The notes under the pieces are model-generated. The model was not told the DNA's origin, ran no database searches, and saw only the letters and a program-made list of their open reading frames with translations. Position numbers and translations under genes: made by a program. Shown here one piece after another: positions 26,701-39,900 of a stretch of 64,000 nt of DNA (the stretch's first letter is position 1; every line of letters begins with the position of its first letter). The stretch comes from the human T2T-CHM13v2.0 reference genome, Homo sapiens, in the NCBI RefSeq assembly GCF_009914755.1, contig NC_060936.1; one strand, 5' to 3'.

Positions 26701-29700
26701 ACATTTGCCCTATAAGCGCTTGAAATCTCCACCTGCAAATATCACAAAAAGAGGGTTTCACATCTGCTCTGTCTGAAGGACAGTTCACCTCTGTGAGTTG
26801 AATAGAGGCAACACAAAGAACTTACTCAGTATTCTTCTTTCTAGCGTTATATGAAGAAATGCCGTTTCCAACGAAGGCCTCAAAGAGGTCCAAATATCTG
26901 CTTGCAGACTTTACAGACAGAGTGTTTCCAAACTACTCTATGAAAAGAAAGCTTAAACTCCTTGAGTTGAACGCACACATCACAAAGTAGTTTCTGAGAA
27001 TGATTCTGTCTTGTTTTTATACAAATGTATTTCCGTTTCTATGGCCTCAAAGCAATTGAAATCTCCAACTGGAAACTGCCCAAATAGGGTGTTTCAAATC
27101 TGCTCTGTCTAAAGGAAGGTTCAACTCTGTGAGTTGAATACACACACCACAAATAAGTTACTGAGAATTCTTCTGTCGAACATTACATGAAGAAATCCCG
27201 TTTCCAACGAAGGCCTCAAAGAGGTCCAAATATCCACTTGCAGACATTACAAACAGAGTGTTTCCAAACTGCTCCATCAAAAGAAAGGTTAAACTCTGTG
27301 AGCTGAACACATACATCAAAAAGAAGTTTCTGTGAATGATTCTGTCTAGATTTTATAAGAAGATGTTTCCTTTTCTACCGTAGGCCTCAAAGCGCTTGAA
27401 ATCTCCAGCTGCAAATTCCACAAAAAGGGTGTTTAACATCTGCTCTTCTAAAGGAAAGTTCAACTTTATGAGTTGAATACACACAGCACAAAGAAGTTAC
27501 TGAGACTTCTCCTATCAAACATTATATGAAGCAATCCCGTTTCCAACGAAGGCCTCAAAGAGGTCCAAATATCTGCTTGCAGACTTTACAGACAGAGTGT
27601 TTCCCAACTGCTCCATCAAAAGAAAGGTTAACCTCCTTGAGTTGAACACACACATCACAAAGTAGTTTCTGTGAATGATTCTGTCTAGTTTTTATACGAA
27701 GATGTTTCCTTTTCTACCTTTGGCCTAAAAGCGCTTGAAATCTCCACCTGCAAATATCACAAAAAGAGGGTTTCACATCTGCTCTGTCTAAAGGACAGTT
27801 CACCTCTGTGAGTTGAATAGAGACAACACAAAGAACTTACTCAGTATTCTTCTTTCTAGCGTTCTATGAAGAAATCCCGTTTCCAACGAAGGCCTCAAGA
27901 GGTCTAAATATCTGCTTGCAGACTTTACAGACAGAGTGTTTCCAAACTACTCTATGAAAAGAAAGCTTAAACTCCTTGAGTTAAACGCACACATCACAAA
28001 GTAGTTTCTGAGAATGATTCTGTCTAGTTTTTATACGAAGATGTTTCCTTTTCTACATTTGGTCTCAAAGCGATTGAAATCTCCAACTGGAAACTGCACA
28101 AATAGGGTGTTTCAAATCTGCTCTGTCTAAAGGAAGGTTCAACTCTGTGAGTTGAATACACACACCACAAATAAGTTACTGAGAATTCTTGTGTCGAACA
28201 TTACATGAAGAAATCCCGTTTCCAACGAAGGCCTCAAAGAGGTCCAAATATCCACTTGCAGACATTACAAACAGAGTGTTTCCAAACTGCTCAATCAAAA
28301 GAAAGTTTAAACTCTGTGAGCTGAACACACACATCAAAAAGAAGTTTCTGTGAATGATTCTGTCTAGATTTTATAAGAAGATGTTTCCTTTTCTACCGTA
28401 GGCCTCAAAGCGCTTGAAATCTCCAGCTGCAAATTCCACAAAAAGGGTGTTTAACATCTGCTCTTCTAAAGAAAAGTTCAACTCTATGAGTTGAATACAC
28501 ACAGCACAAAGAAGTTACTGAGACTTCTCCTATCAAACATTATATGAAGAAATCCCGTTTCCAACGAAGGCCTCAAAGAGGTCCAAATATCTGCTTGCCG
28601 ACTTTACAGACAGAGTGTTTCCAAACTGCTCTATCAAAAGAAAGGTTAACCTCCTTGAGTTGAACACACACATCACAAAGTAGTTTCTGTGAATGATTCT
28701 GTCTAGTTTTTATACGAAGATGTTTCCTTTTCTACCTTTGGTCTCAATGCGATTGAAATCTCCACATGGAAACTCCACAAAAAGAGTGTTTCAAATCTGC
28801 TCTTTCTGAAGGAAGGTTCAACTCTGTGAGTTCAATACACACACCACAAATAAGTTACTGAGAATTCTTCTGTGTAACATTATATGAGGAAATCCCGTTT
28901 CCAACGAAGGCCTCAAAGAGGTCCAAATATCCACTTGCAGACTTTACAAAGACAGTGTCTCCAAACTTCTCCATCAAAAGAAAGCTTATACTCTGTGAAT
29001 TGAACGCACACATCACAAAGTAGTTTCTGAGAATGATTCTGTCTAGTTTTTATACGAAGATATTTCCTTTTCTACATTTGGCCTAAAAGCGCTTGAAATC
29101 TCCACGTGCAAATATCACAAAAAGAGGGTTTCACATCTGCTCTGTCTAAAGGACAGTTCACCTCTGTGAGTTGAATAGAGGCAACACATAGAACTTACTC
29201 AGTATTCTTCTTTCTAGCGTTATATGAAGAAATCCCGTTTCCAACGAAGGCCTCAAAGAGGTCCAAATATCTGCTTGCAGACTTTACAGACAGAGTGTTT
29301 CCAAACTACTCTATGAAAAGAAAGCTTAAACTCCTTGAGTTGAACGCACACATCACAAAGTAGTTTCTGAGAATGATTCTGTCAAGTTTTTATACAAATG
29401 TATTTCCTTTTCTATGGCCTCAAAGCAATTGAAATCTCCAACTGGAAACTGCACAAATAGGGTGTTTCAAATCTGCTCTGTCTAAAGGAAGGTTCAACTC
29501 TGTGAGTTGAATACACACACCACAAATAAGTTACTGAGAATTCTTCTGTCGAACATTACATGAAGAAATCCCGTTTCCAACGAAGGCCTCAAAGAGGTCC
29601 AAATATCCACTTGCAGACATTACAAACAGAGTGTTTCCAAACTGCTCCATCAAAAGAAAGTTTAAACTCTGTGAGCTGAACACACACATCAAAAAGAAGT

Positions 29701-32700
29701 TTCTGTGAATGATTCTGTCTAGATTTTATAAGAAGATGTTTCCTTTTCTACCGTAGGCCTCAAAGCGCTTGAAATCTCCAGCTGCAAATTCCACAAAAAG
29801 GGTGTTTAACATCTGCTCTTCTAAAGGAAAGTTCAACTCTATGAGTTGAATACACACAGCACAAAGAAGTTACTGAGACTTCTCCTATCAAACATTATAT
29901 GAAGAAATCCCGTTTCCAACGAAGGCCTCAAAGAGGTCCAAATATCTGCTTGCAGACTTTACAGACAGAGTGTTTCCAAACTGCTCCATCAAAAGAAAGG
30001 TTAACCTCCTTGAGTTGAACACACACATCACAAAGTAGTTTCTGTGAATGATTCTGTCTAGTTTTTATACGAAGATTTTTCCTTTTCTACCTTTGGTCTC
30101 AATGCGATTGAAATCTCCACATGGAAACTCCACAAAAAGAGTGTTTCAAATCTGCTCTGTCTAAACGAAGGTTCAACTCTGTGAGTTGAATACACACACC
30201 ACAATTAAGTTACTGAGAATTCTTCTGTGTAACATTATATGAGGAAATCCCGTTTCCAACGAAGGCCTCAAAGAGGTCCAAATATCCACTTGCAGACTTT
30301 ACAAAGACAGTGTCTCCAAACTCCTCCATCAAAAGAAAGGTTATACTCTGTGAATTGAAAGCACACATCACAAAGTAGTTTCTGAGAATGATTCTGTCTA
30401 GTTTTTATACGAAGATATTTCCTTTTCTACATTTGGCCAAAAAGCGCTTGAAATCTCCACCTGCAAATATCACAAAAAGAGGGTTTCACATCTGCTCTGT
30501 CTAAAGGACAGTTCACCTCGGTGAGTTGAATAGAGGCAACACAAAGAACTTACTCAGTATTCTTCTTTCTAGCTTTCTATGAAGAAATCCCGTTTCCAAC
30601 GAAGGCCTCAAAGAGGTCCAAATATCTGCTTGCAGACTTTACAGACAGAGTGTTTCCAAACTACTCTATGAAAAGAAAGCTTAAACTCCTTAAGTTGAAC
30701 GCACACATCACAAAGTAGTTTCTGAGAATGATTCTGTCTTGTTTTTATACAAATGTATTTCCGTTTCTATGATTGGCCTCAAAGCGATTGAATTCTCCAA
30801 CTGGAAACTGCACAAATAGGGTGTTTCAAATCTGCTCTGTCTAAAGTAAGTTTAAACTCTGTGAGTTGAATACACACACCACAAATAAGTTACTGAGAAT
30901 TCTTCTGTGTAACATTATATGAGGAAATCCCGTTTCCAACGAAGGCCTCAAAGAGGTCCATATATCCACTTGCAGACTTTACAAAGACAGGGTCTCCAAA
31001 CTCCTCCATCAAAAGAAAGGTTATACTCTGTGAATTGAACGCACACCTCACAAAGTAGTTTCTGAGAATGATTCTGTCTAGTTTTTATACGAAGATATTT
31101 CCTTTTCTACATTTGGCCTATAAGCGCTTGAAATCTCCACCTGCAAATATCACAAAAAGAGGGTTTCACATCTGCTCTGTCTGAAGGACAGTTCACCTCT
31201 GTGAGTTGAATAGAGGCAACACAAAGAACTTACTCAGTATTCTTCTTTCTAGCGTTATATGAAGAAATGCCGTTTCCAACGAAGGCCTCAAAGAGGTCCA
31301 AATATCTGCTTGCAGACTTTACAGACAGAGTGTTTCCAAACTACTCTATGAAAAGAAAGCTTAAACTCCTTGAGTTGAACGCACACATCACAAAGTAGTT
31401 TCTGAGTATGATTCTGTCTTGTTTTTATACAAATGTATTTCCGTTTCTATGGCCTCAAAGCAATTGAAATCTCCAACTGGAAACTGCCCAAATAGGGTGT
31501 TTCAAATCTGCTCTGTCCAAAGGAAGGTTCAACTCTGTGAGTTGAATACACACACCACAAATAAGTTACTGAGAATTCTTCTGTCGAACATTATATGAAG
31601 AAATCCCGTTTCCAACGAAGGCCTCAAAGAGGTCCAAATATCCACTTGCAGACATTACAAACAGAGTGTTTCCAAACTGCTCCATCAAAAGAAAGGTTAA
31701 ACTCTGTGAGCTGAACACACACATCAAAAAGAAGTTTCTGTGAATGATTCTGTCTAGATTTTATAAGAAGATGTTTCCTTTTCTACCGTAGGCCTCAAAG
31801 CGCTTGAAATCTCCAGCTGCAAATTCCACAAAAAGGGTGTTTAACATCTGCTCTTCTAAAGGAAAGTTCAACTCTATGAGTTGAATACACACAGCACAAA
31901 GAAGTTACTGAGACTTCTCCTATCAAACATTATATGAAGCAATCCCGTTTCCAACGAAGGCCTCAAAGAGGTCCAAATATCTGCTTGCAGACTTTACAGA
32001 CAGAGTGTTTCCCAACTGCTCCATCAAAAGAAAGTTTAACCTCCTTGAGTTGAACACACACATCACAAAGTAGTTTCTGTGAATGATTCTGTCTAGTTTT
32101 TATACGAAGATGTTTCCTTTTCTACCTTTGGCCTAAAAGCGCTTGAAATCTCCACCTGCAAATATCACAAAAAGAGGGTTTCACATCTGCTCTGTCTAAA
32201 GGACAGTTCACCTCTGTGAGTTGAATAGAGACAACACAAAGAACTTACTCAGTATTCTTCTTTCTAGCGTTCTATGAAGAAATCCCGTTTCCAACGAAGG
32301 CCTCAAAGAGGTCTAAATATCTGCTTGCAGACTTTACAGACAGAGTGTTTCCAAACTACTCTATGAAAAGAAAGCTTAAACTCCTTGAGTTAAACGCACA
32401 CATCACAAAGTAGTTTCTGAGAATGATTCTGTCTAGTTTTTATACGAAGATGTTTCCTTTTCTACATTTGGTATCAAAGCGATTGAAATCTCCAACTGGA
32501 AACTGCACAAATAGGGTGTTTCAAATCTGCTCTGTCTAAAGGAAGGTTCAACTCTGTGAGTTGAATACACACACCAGAAATAAGTTACTGAGAATTCTTG
32601 TGTCGAACATTACATGAAGAAATCCCGTTTCCAACGAAGGCCTCAAAGAGGTCCAAATATCCACTTGCAGACATTACAAACAGAGTGTTTCCAAACTGCT

Positions 32701-33977
32701 CAATCAAAAGAAAGTTTAAACTCTGTGAGCTGAACACACACATCAAAAAGAAGTTTCTGTGAATGATTCTGTCTAGATTTTATAAGAAGATGTTTCCTTT
32801 TCTACCGTAGGCCTCAAAGCGCTTGAAATCTCCAGCTGCAAATTCCACAAAAAGGGTGTTTAACATCTGCTCTTCTAAAGGAAAGTTCAACTCTATGAGT
32901 TGAATACACACAGCACAAAGAAGTTACTGAGACTTCTCCTATCAAACATTATATGAAGAAATCCCGTTTCCAACGAAGGCCTCAAAGAGGTCCAAATATC
33001 TGCTTGCCGACTTTACAGACAGAGTGTTTCCAAACTGCTCTATCAAAAGAAAGGTTAACCTCCTTGAGTTGAACACACACATCACAAAGTAGTTTCTGTG
33101 AATGATTCTGTCTAGTTTTTATACGAAGATGCTTCCTTTTCTACCTTTGGTCTCAATGCGATTGAAATCTCCACATGGAAACTCCACAAAAAGAGTGATT
33201 CAAATCTGCTCTTTCTGAAGGAAGGTTCAACTCTGTGAGTTGAATACACACACCACAAATAAGTTACTGAGAATTCTTCTGTGTAACATTATATGAGGAA
33301 ATCCCGTTTCCAACGAAGGCCTCAAAGAGGTCCAAATATCCACTTGCAGACTTTACAAAGACAGTGTCTCCAAACTCCTCCATCAAAAGAAAGCTTATAC
33401 TCTGTGAATTGAACGCACACATCACAAAGTAGTTTCTGAGAATGATTCTGTCTAGTTTTTATACGAAGATATTTCCTTTTCTACATTTGGCCTAAAAGCG
33501 CTTGAAATCTCCACCTGCAAATATCACAAAAAGAGGGTTTCACATCTGCTCTGTCTAAAGGACAGTTCACCTCTGTGAGTTGAATAGAGGCAACACATAG
33601 AACTTACTCAGTATTCTTCTTTCTAGCGTTATAAGAAGAAATCCCGTTTCCAACGAAGGCCTCAAAGAGGTCCAAATATCTGCTTGCAGACTTTACAGAC
33701 AGAGTGTTTCCAAACTACTCTATGAAAAGAAAGCTTAAACTCCTTGAGTTGAACGCACACATCACAAAGTAGTTTCTGAGAATGATTCTGTCAAGTTTTT
33801 ATACAAATGTATTTCCTTTTCTATGGCCTCAAAGCAATTGAAATCTCCAACTGGAAACTGCACAAATAGGGTGTTTCAAATCTGCTCTGTCTAAAGGAAG
33901 GTTCAACTCTGTGAGATGAATACACACACCACAAATAAGTTACTGAGAATTCTTCTGTCGAACATTACATGAAGAAA
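20752..33977 (-). repeat. 26-monomer super-HOR copies 4-6 in direct tandem (20752-25160, 25161-29568, 29569-33977)
   Basis: tgccg markers at 22451, 26860 and 31268 (spacing 4409 and 4408; 1-bp deletion ctcaaga near 27897); identical dimer order. Confidence 0.92.
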
Positions 33978-36900
33978 TCCCGTTTCCAACGAAGGCCTCA
34001 AAGAGGTCCAAATATCCACTTGCAGACATTACAAACAGAGTGTTTCCAAACTGCTCCATCAAAAGAAAGGTTAAACTCTGTGAGCTGAACACACACATCA
34101 AAAAGAAGTTTCTGTGAATGATTCTGTCTAGATTTTATAAGAAGATGTTTCCTTTTCTACCGTAGGCCTCAAAGCGCTTGAAATCTCCAGCTGCAAATTC
34201 CACAAAAAGGGTGTTTAACATCTGCTCTTCTAAAGGAAAGTTCAACTCTATGAGTTGAATACACACAGCACAAAGAAGTTACTGAGACTTCTCCTATCAA
34301 ACATTATATGAAGAAATCCCGTTTCCAACGAAGGCCTCAAAGAGGTCCAAATATCTGCTTGCAGACTTTACAGACAGAGTGTTTCCAAACTGCTCCATCA
34401 AAAGAAAGGTTAACCTCCTTGAGTTGAACACACACATCACAAAGTAGTTTCTGTGAATGATTCTGTCTAGTTTTTATACGAAGATTTTTCCTTTTCTACC
34501 TTTGGTCTCAATGCGATTGAAATCTCCACATGGAAACTCCACAAAAAGAGTGTTTCAAATCTGCTCTGTCTAAAGGAAGGTTCAACTCTGTGAGTTGAAT
34601 ACACACACCACAATTAAGTTACTGAGAATTCTTCTGTGTAACATTATATGAGGAAATCCCGTTTCCAACGAAGGCCTCAAAGAGGTCCAAATATCCACTT
34701 GCAGACTTTACAAAGACAGTGTCTCCAAACTCCTCCATCAAAAGAAAGGTTATACTCTGTGAATTGAACGCACACATCACAAAGTAGTTTCTGAGAATGA
34801 TTCTGTCTAGTTTTTATACGAAGATATTTCCTTTTCTACATTTGGCCAAAAAGCGCTTGAAATCTCCACCTGCAAATATCACAAAAAGAGGGTTTCACAT
34901 CTGCTCTGTCTAAAGGACAGTTCACCTCTGTGAGTTGAATAGAGGCAACACAAAGAACTTACTCAGTATTCTTCTTTCTAGCTTTCTATGAAGAAATCCC
35001 GTTTCCAACGAAGGCCTCAAAGAGGTCCAAATATCTGCTTGCAGACTTTACAGACAGAGTGTTTCCAAACTACTCTATGAAAAGAAAGCTTAAACTCCTT
35101 AAGTTGAACGCACACATCACAAAGTAGTTTCTGAGAATGATTCTGTCTTGTTTTTATACAAATGTATTTCCGTTTCTATGATTGGCCTCAAAGCGATTGA
35201 ATTCTCCAACTGGAAACTGCACAAATAGGGTGTTTCAAATCTGCTCTGTCTAAAGTAAGTTTCAACTCTGTGAGTTGAATACACACACCACAAATAAGTT
35301 ACTCAGTATTCTTCTTTCTAGCGTTATATGAAGAAATCCCGTTTCCAACGAAGGCCTCAAAGAGGTCCAAATATCTGCTTGCAGACTTTACAGACAGAGT
35401 GTTTCCAAACTACTCCATGAAAAGAAAGCTTAAACTCCTTGAGTTGAACGCACACATCACAAAGTAGTTTCTGAGAATGATTCTGTCTTGTTTTTACACA
35501 AATGTATTTCCGTTTCTATGGCCTCAAAGCAATTGAAATCTCCAACTGGAAACTGCACAAATAGGGTGTTTCAAATCTGCTCTGTCTAAAGGAAGGTTCA
35601 ACTCTGTGAGTTGAATACACACACCAGAAATAAGTTACTGAGAATTCTTCTGCCGAACATTACATGAAGAAATCCCGTTTCCAACGAAGGCCTCAAAGAG
35701 GTCCAAATATCCACATGCAGACATTACAAACAGAGTGTTTCCAAACTGCTCCATCAAAAGAAAGGTTAACCTCCTTGAGTTGAACACACACATCACAAAG
35801 TAGTTTCTGTGAATGATTCTGTCTAGTTTTTATACGAAGATTTTTCCTTTTCTACCTTTGGTCTCAAAGCGATTGAAATCTCCACATGGAAACTCCACAA
35901 AAAGAGTGTTTCAAATCTGCTCTTTCTGAAGGAAGGTTCAACTCTGTGAGTTGAATAAACACACAACAAATAAGTTACTGAGAATTCTTCTGTGTAACAT
36001 TATATGAGGAAATCCCGTTTCCAACGAAGGCCTCAAAGAGGTCCAAATATCCACTTGCAGACTTTACAAAGACAGTGTCTCCAAACTCGTCCATCAAAAG
36101 AAAGGTTATACTCTGTGAATTGAACGCACACATCACAAAGTAGTTTCTGAGAATGATTGTGTCTAGTTTTTATACGAAGATATTTCCTTTTCTACATTTG
36201 GCCTAAAAGCGCTTGAAATCTCCACCTGCAAATATCACAAAAAGAGGGTTTCACATCTGCTCTGTCTAAAGGACAGTTCACCTCTGTGAGTTGAATAGAG
36301 GCAACACAAAGTACTTACTCAGTATTCTTCTTTCTAGCGTTCTATGAAGAAATCCCGTTTCCAACGAATGCCTCAAAGAGGTCCAAATATCTGCTTGCAG
36401 ACTTTACAGAGTGTTTCCAAACTACTCTATGAAAAGAAAGCTTAAACTCCTTGAGTTGAACGCACACATCACAAAGTAGTTTCTGAGAATGATTCTGTCT
36501 AGTTTTTATACGAAGATGTTTCCTTTTCTACATTTCGTCTCAAAGCGATTGAAATCTCCAACTGGAAACTGCACAAATAGGGTGTTTCAAATCTGCTCTG
36601 TCTAAAGGAAGGTTCAACTCTGTGAGTTGAATACACACACCACAAATAAGTTACTGAGAATTCTTCTGTCGAACATTACATGAAGAAATCCCGTTTCCAA
36701 CGAAGGCCTCAAAGAGGTCCAAATATCCACTTGCAGACATTACAGAGTGTTTCCAAACTGCTCCATCAAAAGAAAGGTTAAAGTCTGTGAGCTGAACACA
36801 CACATCAAAAAGAAGTTTCTGTGAATGATTCTGTCTAGATTTTATAAGAAGATGTTTCCTTTTCTACCGTAGGCCTCAAAGCGCTTGAAATCTCCAGCTG

Positions 36901-39900
36901 CAAATTCCACAAAAAGCGTGTTTAACATCTGCTCTTCTAAAGGAAAGTTCAACTCTATGAGTTGAATACACACAGCACAAAGAAGTTACCGAGATTTCTC
37001 CCATCAAACATTATATGAAGAAATCCCGTTTCCAATGAAGGCCTCAAAGAGGTCCAAATATCTTCTTGCAGACTTTACAGACAGAGTTTTTCCAAACTGC
37101 TCCATCAAAAGAAAGGTTAAACTCCTTGAGTTGAACACACACATCACAAAGTAGTTTCTGTGAATGATTCTGTCTAGTTTTTATACGAAGATGTTTCCTT
37201 TTCTACCTTTGGTCTCAAAGCGATTGAAATCTCCACATGGAAACTCCACAAAAAGAGTTTTTCAAATCTGCTCTTTCTGAAGGAAGGTTCAACTCCGTGA
37301 GTTGAATACACACACCACAAATAAGTTACTGAGAATTCTTCTGTGTAACATTATATGAGGAAATCCCGTTTCCAACGAAGGCCTCAAAGAGGTCCAAATA
37401 TCCACTTGCAGACTTTACAAAGACAGTGTCTCCAAACTCCTCCATCAAAAGAAAGGTTATACTCTGTGAATTGAACGCACACATCACAAAGTAGTTTCTG
37501 AGAATGATTCTGTCTGTTTTTTATACGAAGATATTTCCTTTTCTACATTTGGCCTAAAAGCACTTGAAATCTCCACCTGCAAATATCACAAAAAGAGGGT
37601 TTCACATCTGCTCTGTCTAAAGGACAGTTCACCTCTGTGAGTTGAATAGAGGCAACACAAAGAACTTACTCAGTATTCTTCTTTCTAGCGTTCTATGAAG
37701 AAATCCCGTTTCCAACGAAGGCCTCAAAGAGGTCCAAATATCTGCTTGCAGACTTTACAGACAGAGTGTTTTTAAACTGCTCCATCAATAGAAAGGTTAA
37801 ACTCCTTGAGTTGAACACACACATCACAGAGTAGTTTCTGTGAATGATTCTGTCTAGTTTTTATACGAAGATGTTTCCTTTTCTACCTTTGGTCTCAAAG
37901 CGATTGAAATCTCCACATGGAAACTCCACAAAAAGAGTGTTTCAAATCTGCTCTCTCTGAAGGAAGGTTCAACTCTGTGAGTTGAATACACACACCACAA
38001 ATAAGTTACTGAGAATTCTTCTGTGTAACATTATATGAGGAAATCCCGTTTCCAACGAAGGCCTCAAAAAGGTCCAAATATCCACTTGCAGACTTTACAA
38101 AGACAGTGTCTCCAAACTCCTCCATCAAAAGAAAGGTTATACTCTGTGAATTGAACGCACACATCACAAAGTAGTTTCTGAGAATGATTCTGTCTAGTTT
38201 TTATACGAAGATATTTCCTTTTCTACATTTGGCCTAAAAGCGCTTGAAATCTCCACCTGCAAATATCACAAAAAGAGGGTTTCACATCTGCTCTGTCTAA
38301 AGGACAGTTCACCTCTGTGAGTTGAATAGAGGCAACACAAAGAACTTACTCAGTATTCTTCTTTCTAGCGTTCTATGAAGAAATCCCTTTTCCAACGAAG
38401 GCCTCAAAGAGGTCCAAATATCTGCTTGCAGACTTTACAGAGTGTTTCCAAACTACTCTATGAAAAGAAAGCTTAAACTCCTTGAGTTGAACGCACACAT
38501 CACAAAGTAGTTTCTGAGAATGATTCTGTCTAGTTTTTATACGAAGATGTTTCCTTTTCTACATTTCGTCTCAAAGCGATTGAAATCTCCAACTGGAAAC
38601 TGCACAAATAGGGTGTTTCGAATCTGCTCTGTCTAAAGGAAGGTTCAACTCTGTGAGTTGAATACACACACCACAAATAAGTTACTGAGAATTCTTCTGT
38701 CGAACATTATATGAAGAAATCCCGTTTCCAACGAAGGCCTCAAAGAGGTCCAAATATCCACTTGCAGACATTACAAACAGTGTGTTTCCAAACTGCTCCA
38801 TCAAAAGAAAGGTTAAACTCTGTGAGCTGAACACACACATCAAAAAGAAGTTTCTGTGAATGATTCTGTCTAGATTTTATAAGAAGATGTTTCCTTTTCT
38901 ACCGTAGGCCTCAAAGCGCTTGAAATCTCCAGCTGCAAATTCCACAAAAAGGGTGTTTAACATCTGCTCTTCTAAAGGAAAGTTCAACTCTATGAGTTGA
39001 ATACACACAGCACAAAGAAGTTACTGAGACTTCTCCTATCAAACATTATATGAAGAAATCCCGTTTCCAACGAAGGCCTCAAAGAGGTCCAAATATCTGC
39101 TTGCAGACTTTACAGACAGAGTGTTTCCAAACTACTCCATCAAAAGAAATGTTAACCTCCTTGAGTTGAACACACACATCACAAAGTAGTTTCTGTGAAT
39201 GATTCTGTCTAGTTTTTATACGAAGATGTTTCCTTTTCTACCTTTGGTCTCAAAGCGATTGAAATCTCCACATGGAAACTCCACAAAAAGAGTGTTTCAA
39301 ATCTGCTCTTTCTGAAGGAAGGTTCAACTCTGTGAGTTGAATACACACACCACAAATAAGTTACTGAGAATTCTTCTGTGTAACATTATATGAGGAAATC
39401 CCGTTTCCAACGAAGGCCTCAAAGAGGTCCAAATATCCACTTGGAGACATTACAAACAGTGTGTTTCCAAACTGCTCCATCAAAAGAAAGGTTAAACTCT
39501 GTGAGCTGAACACACACATCAAAAAGAAGTTTCAGTGAATGATTCTGTCTAGATTTTATAAGAAGATGTTTCCTTTTCTACCGTAGGCCTCAAAGCGCTT
39601 GAAATCTCCAGCTGTAAATTCCACAAAAAGGGTGTTTAACATCTGCTCTTCTAAAGGAAAGTTCAACTCTATGAGTTGAATACACACAGCACAAAGATGT
39701 TACTGAGACTTCTCCTATCAAACATTATATGAAGAAATCCCGTTTCCAACGAAGGCCTCAAAGAGGTCCAAATATCTGCTTGCAGACTTTACAGACAGAG
39801 TTTTTCCAAACTGCTCCATCAAAAGAAAGGTTAAACTCCTTGAGTTGAACACACACATCACAAAGTAGTTTCTGTGAATGATTCTGTCTAGTTTTTATAC

